From an uncultured Patescibacteria group bacterium (GTDB lineage: Bacteria > Patescibacteriota > Microgenomatia > UBA10105 > UBA927): a stretch of 64,000 nucleotides of DNA. This document shows, in pieces, positions 63,027 to 64,000 of the stretch. Below the pieces are notes generated by a model that was not told where the DNA came from, searched no databases, and was given only the letters and a program-made list of their open reading frames with translations. Both the position numbers and the translations under genes were made by a program. Each line of letters begins with the position of its first letter. Positions within the stretch are counted from its first letter, which is position 1. The stretch lies in NCBI GenBank assembly GCA_937921305.1, contig CAKZSU010000005.1, positions 74,740 through 138,739 of the forward strand, written 5' to 3'.

Positions 63027-63416
63027 ATGCCAAGCAAAAATTATACCCTCTTTTTCATTCTTAGCGTAGGATTTGTGTTGATCACGATGGCGTTTATTAC
63101 GATTTTGGGCCAAACAACTAGCAAAGATGGTGAAGCGACAGATATTCGCGCGAAAGCGACAGTTGCGAATTCCTTAAAACTTGTTGGGAATGTTATATCG
63201 ATTGATCCATCTACTAGAACATTGGTTGTTAGTGATGTCAAATTTGAAAGTAAAAAAAATGAAACGCAAACAATGGGAACATGGACGGTAACGATAGCGG
63301 GAGATGTCAATATGACAACGATTACACCAGGAAGACAGGTGCTTATCAGCGCTGACGCTTCTACATTTAATATTACAAATAATACGATGACCGCTCTTGC
63401 CGTCTCGCCCTTGTAA
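63027..63416 (+). CDS. Membrane-anchored hypothetical protein (small beta domain)
   Basis: N-terminal TM, DIRAKA motif, beta-rich C-terminus. Confidence 0.65.
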   Translation: MPSKNYTLFFILSVGFVLITMAFITILGQTTSKDGEATDIRAKATVANSLKLVGNVISIDPSTRTLVVSDVKFESKKNETQTMGTWTVTIAGDVNMTTITPGRQVLISADASTFNITNNTMTALAVSPL

Positions 63417-63421
63417 ACGAA

Positions 63422-64000
63422 TTATTTTCTTTTTGTAACCTTGGAGCCTTCTGTCGTATCGATAATGTTGTACCCTCGTTGTGTTATTTCTTCTCGTATC
63501 GCGTCTGCGTCTTGGAATTTTCCTTGTTTCCGAAGTGTTTGACGTTCTTCAAGAAGGCGTATGATTTCCTCTGGAATGGGTTCATCAGTGTTTTTTTTGT
63601 CTGAAAACGCGTCTAATTTTAGTCCAAGCACGGTGTCAAAATCGAGGAGAAGATCGGCTTTGTCTTGCGGAGGAATATTTGATTTTGCTGTTTCCCAAAC
63701 AATCGAAAGCGCTTGCGGTGTGTTAAAATCGTTTGCGAGCACAGCGTCGAATCGCGTTCTGAAATCGTCGATTTTTTTGAGCTTTTCCTCTGACAATTGG
63801 TCTCGTTCGTGACGATCGGCGGTTTCTTGAATATTTTTCATATATCGTCGAAGTTCATGAAGCGCGTTTTCCGCTCCTCGAATCGCTTCCCATGTGAAGT
63901 TTAATGGTTTTCTATAATGCGCCGTGAGATAGAAATAGCGAAGCGTGAGTGGGTCTATACCCCGTTCTATCACATCTGCGATGCGGCAAAAGTTGCCAAG
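63422..64000 (-). CDS. cysS: Cysteine--tRNA ligase, C-terminal part (truncated by window edge)
   Basis: LRYFYLTAHYR, DFNTPQAL, ADAIR anticodon-binding domain. Confidence 0.92.
   Translation of the reverse strand, partial: LGNFCRIADVIERGIDPLTLRYFYLTAHYRKPLNFTWEAIRGAENALHELRRYMKNIQETADRHERDQLSEEKLKKIDDFRTRFDAVLANDFNTPQALSIVWETAKSNIPPQDKADLLLDFDTVLGLKLDAFSDKKNTDEPIPEEIIRLLEERQTLRKQGKFQDADAIREEITQRGYNIIDTTEGSKVTKRK

Overview
This 64 kb window looks like chromosomal DNA from a reduced-genome bacterium, most likely Patescibacteria/CPR (Microgenomates-like). That assignment is inferred from the shortened PheT, ThrS and trigger factor, a monoderm-type type IV pilus locus, a sortase and many apparently leaderless genes. 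Most of the window is housekeeping: tgt, gyrB-ppa-gyrA, folD, trmD-khpA-rpsP-rnc-nusB-rpmF-recG, tyrS, a class A PBP, thrS-infC-rpmI-rplT, pheST, tig, cysS, tRNA-Val(CAC) and a 14-gene type IV pilus cluster. The best candidate for an undescribed system is at about 44.9-51.0 kb. There, four secreted paralogues share an Asn/Thr/Gly-rich repeat of about 80-90 aa (1, 2, 4 and 4+ copies), two free and two with C-terminal anchors, next to a sortase. This suggests a chaplin/curli/Fap-like surface fibre. Its putative major subunit sits behind a leader terminator overlapped by an alternative hairpin, just downstream of a DUF2292/YezD small protein. Also notable are a 12-6-12 dif-like site with two half-site copies in front of a Xer recombinase, a dispersed family of covarying REP/MITE-like palindromes, two frameshifted genes and tandem double-propeller GH130 genes. 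No CRISPR array, rRNA or transposase was seen. Family names come from motif recognition only; no searches were run.
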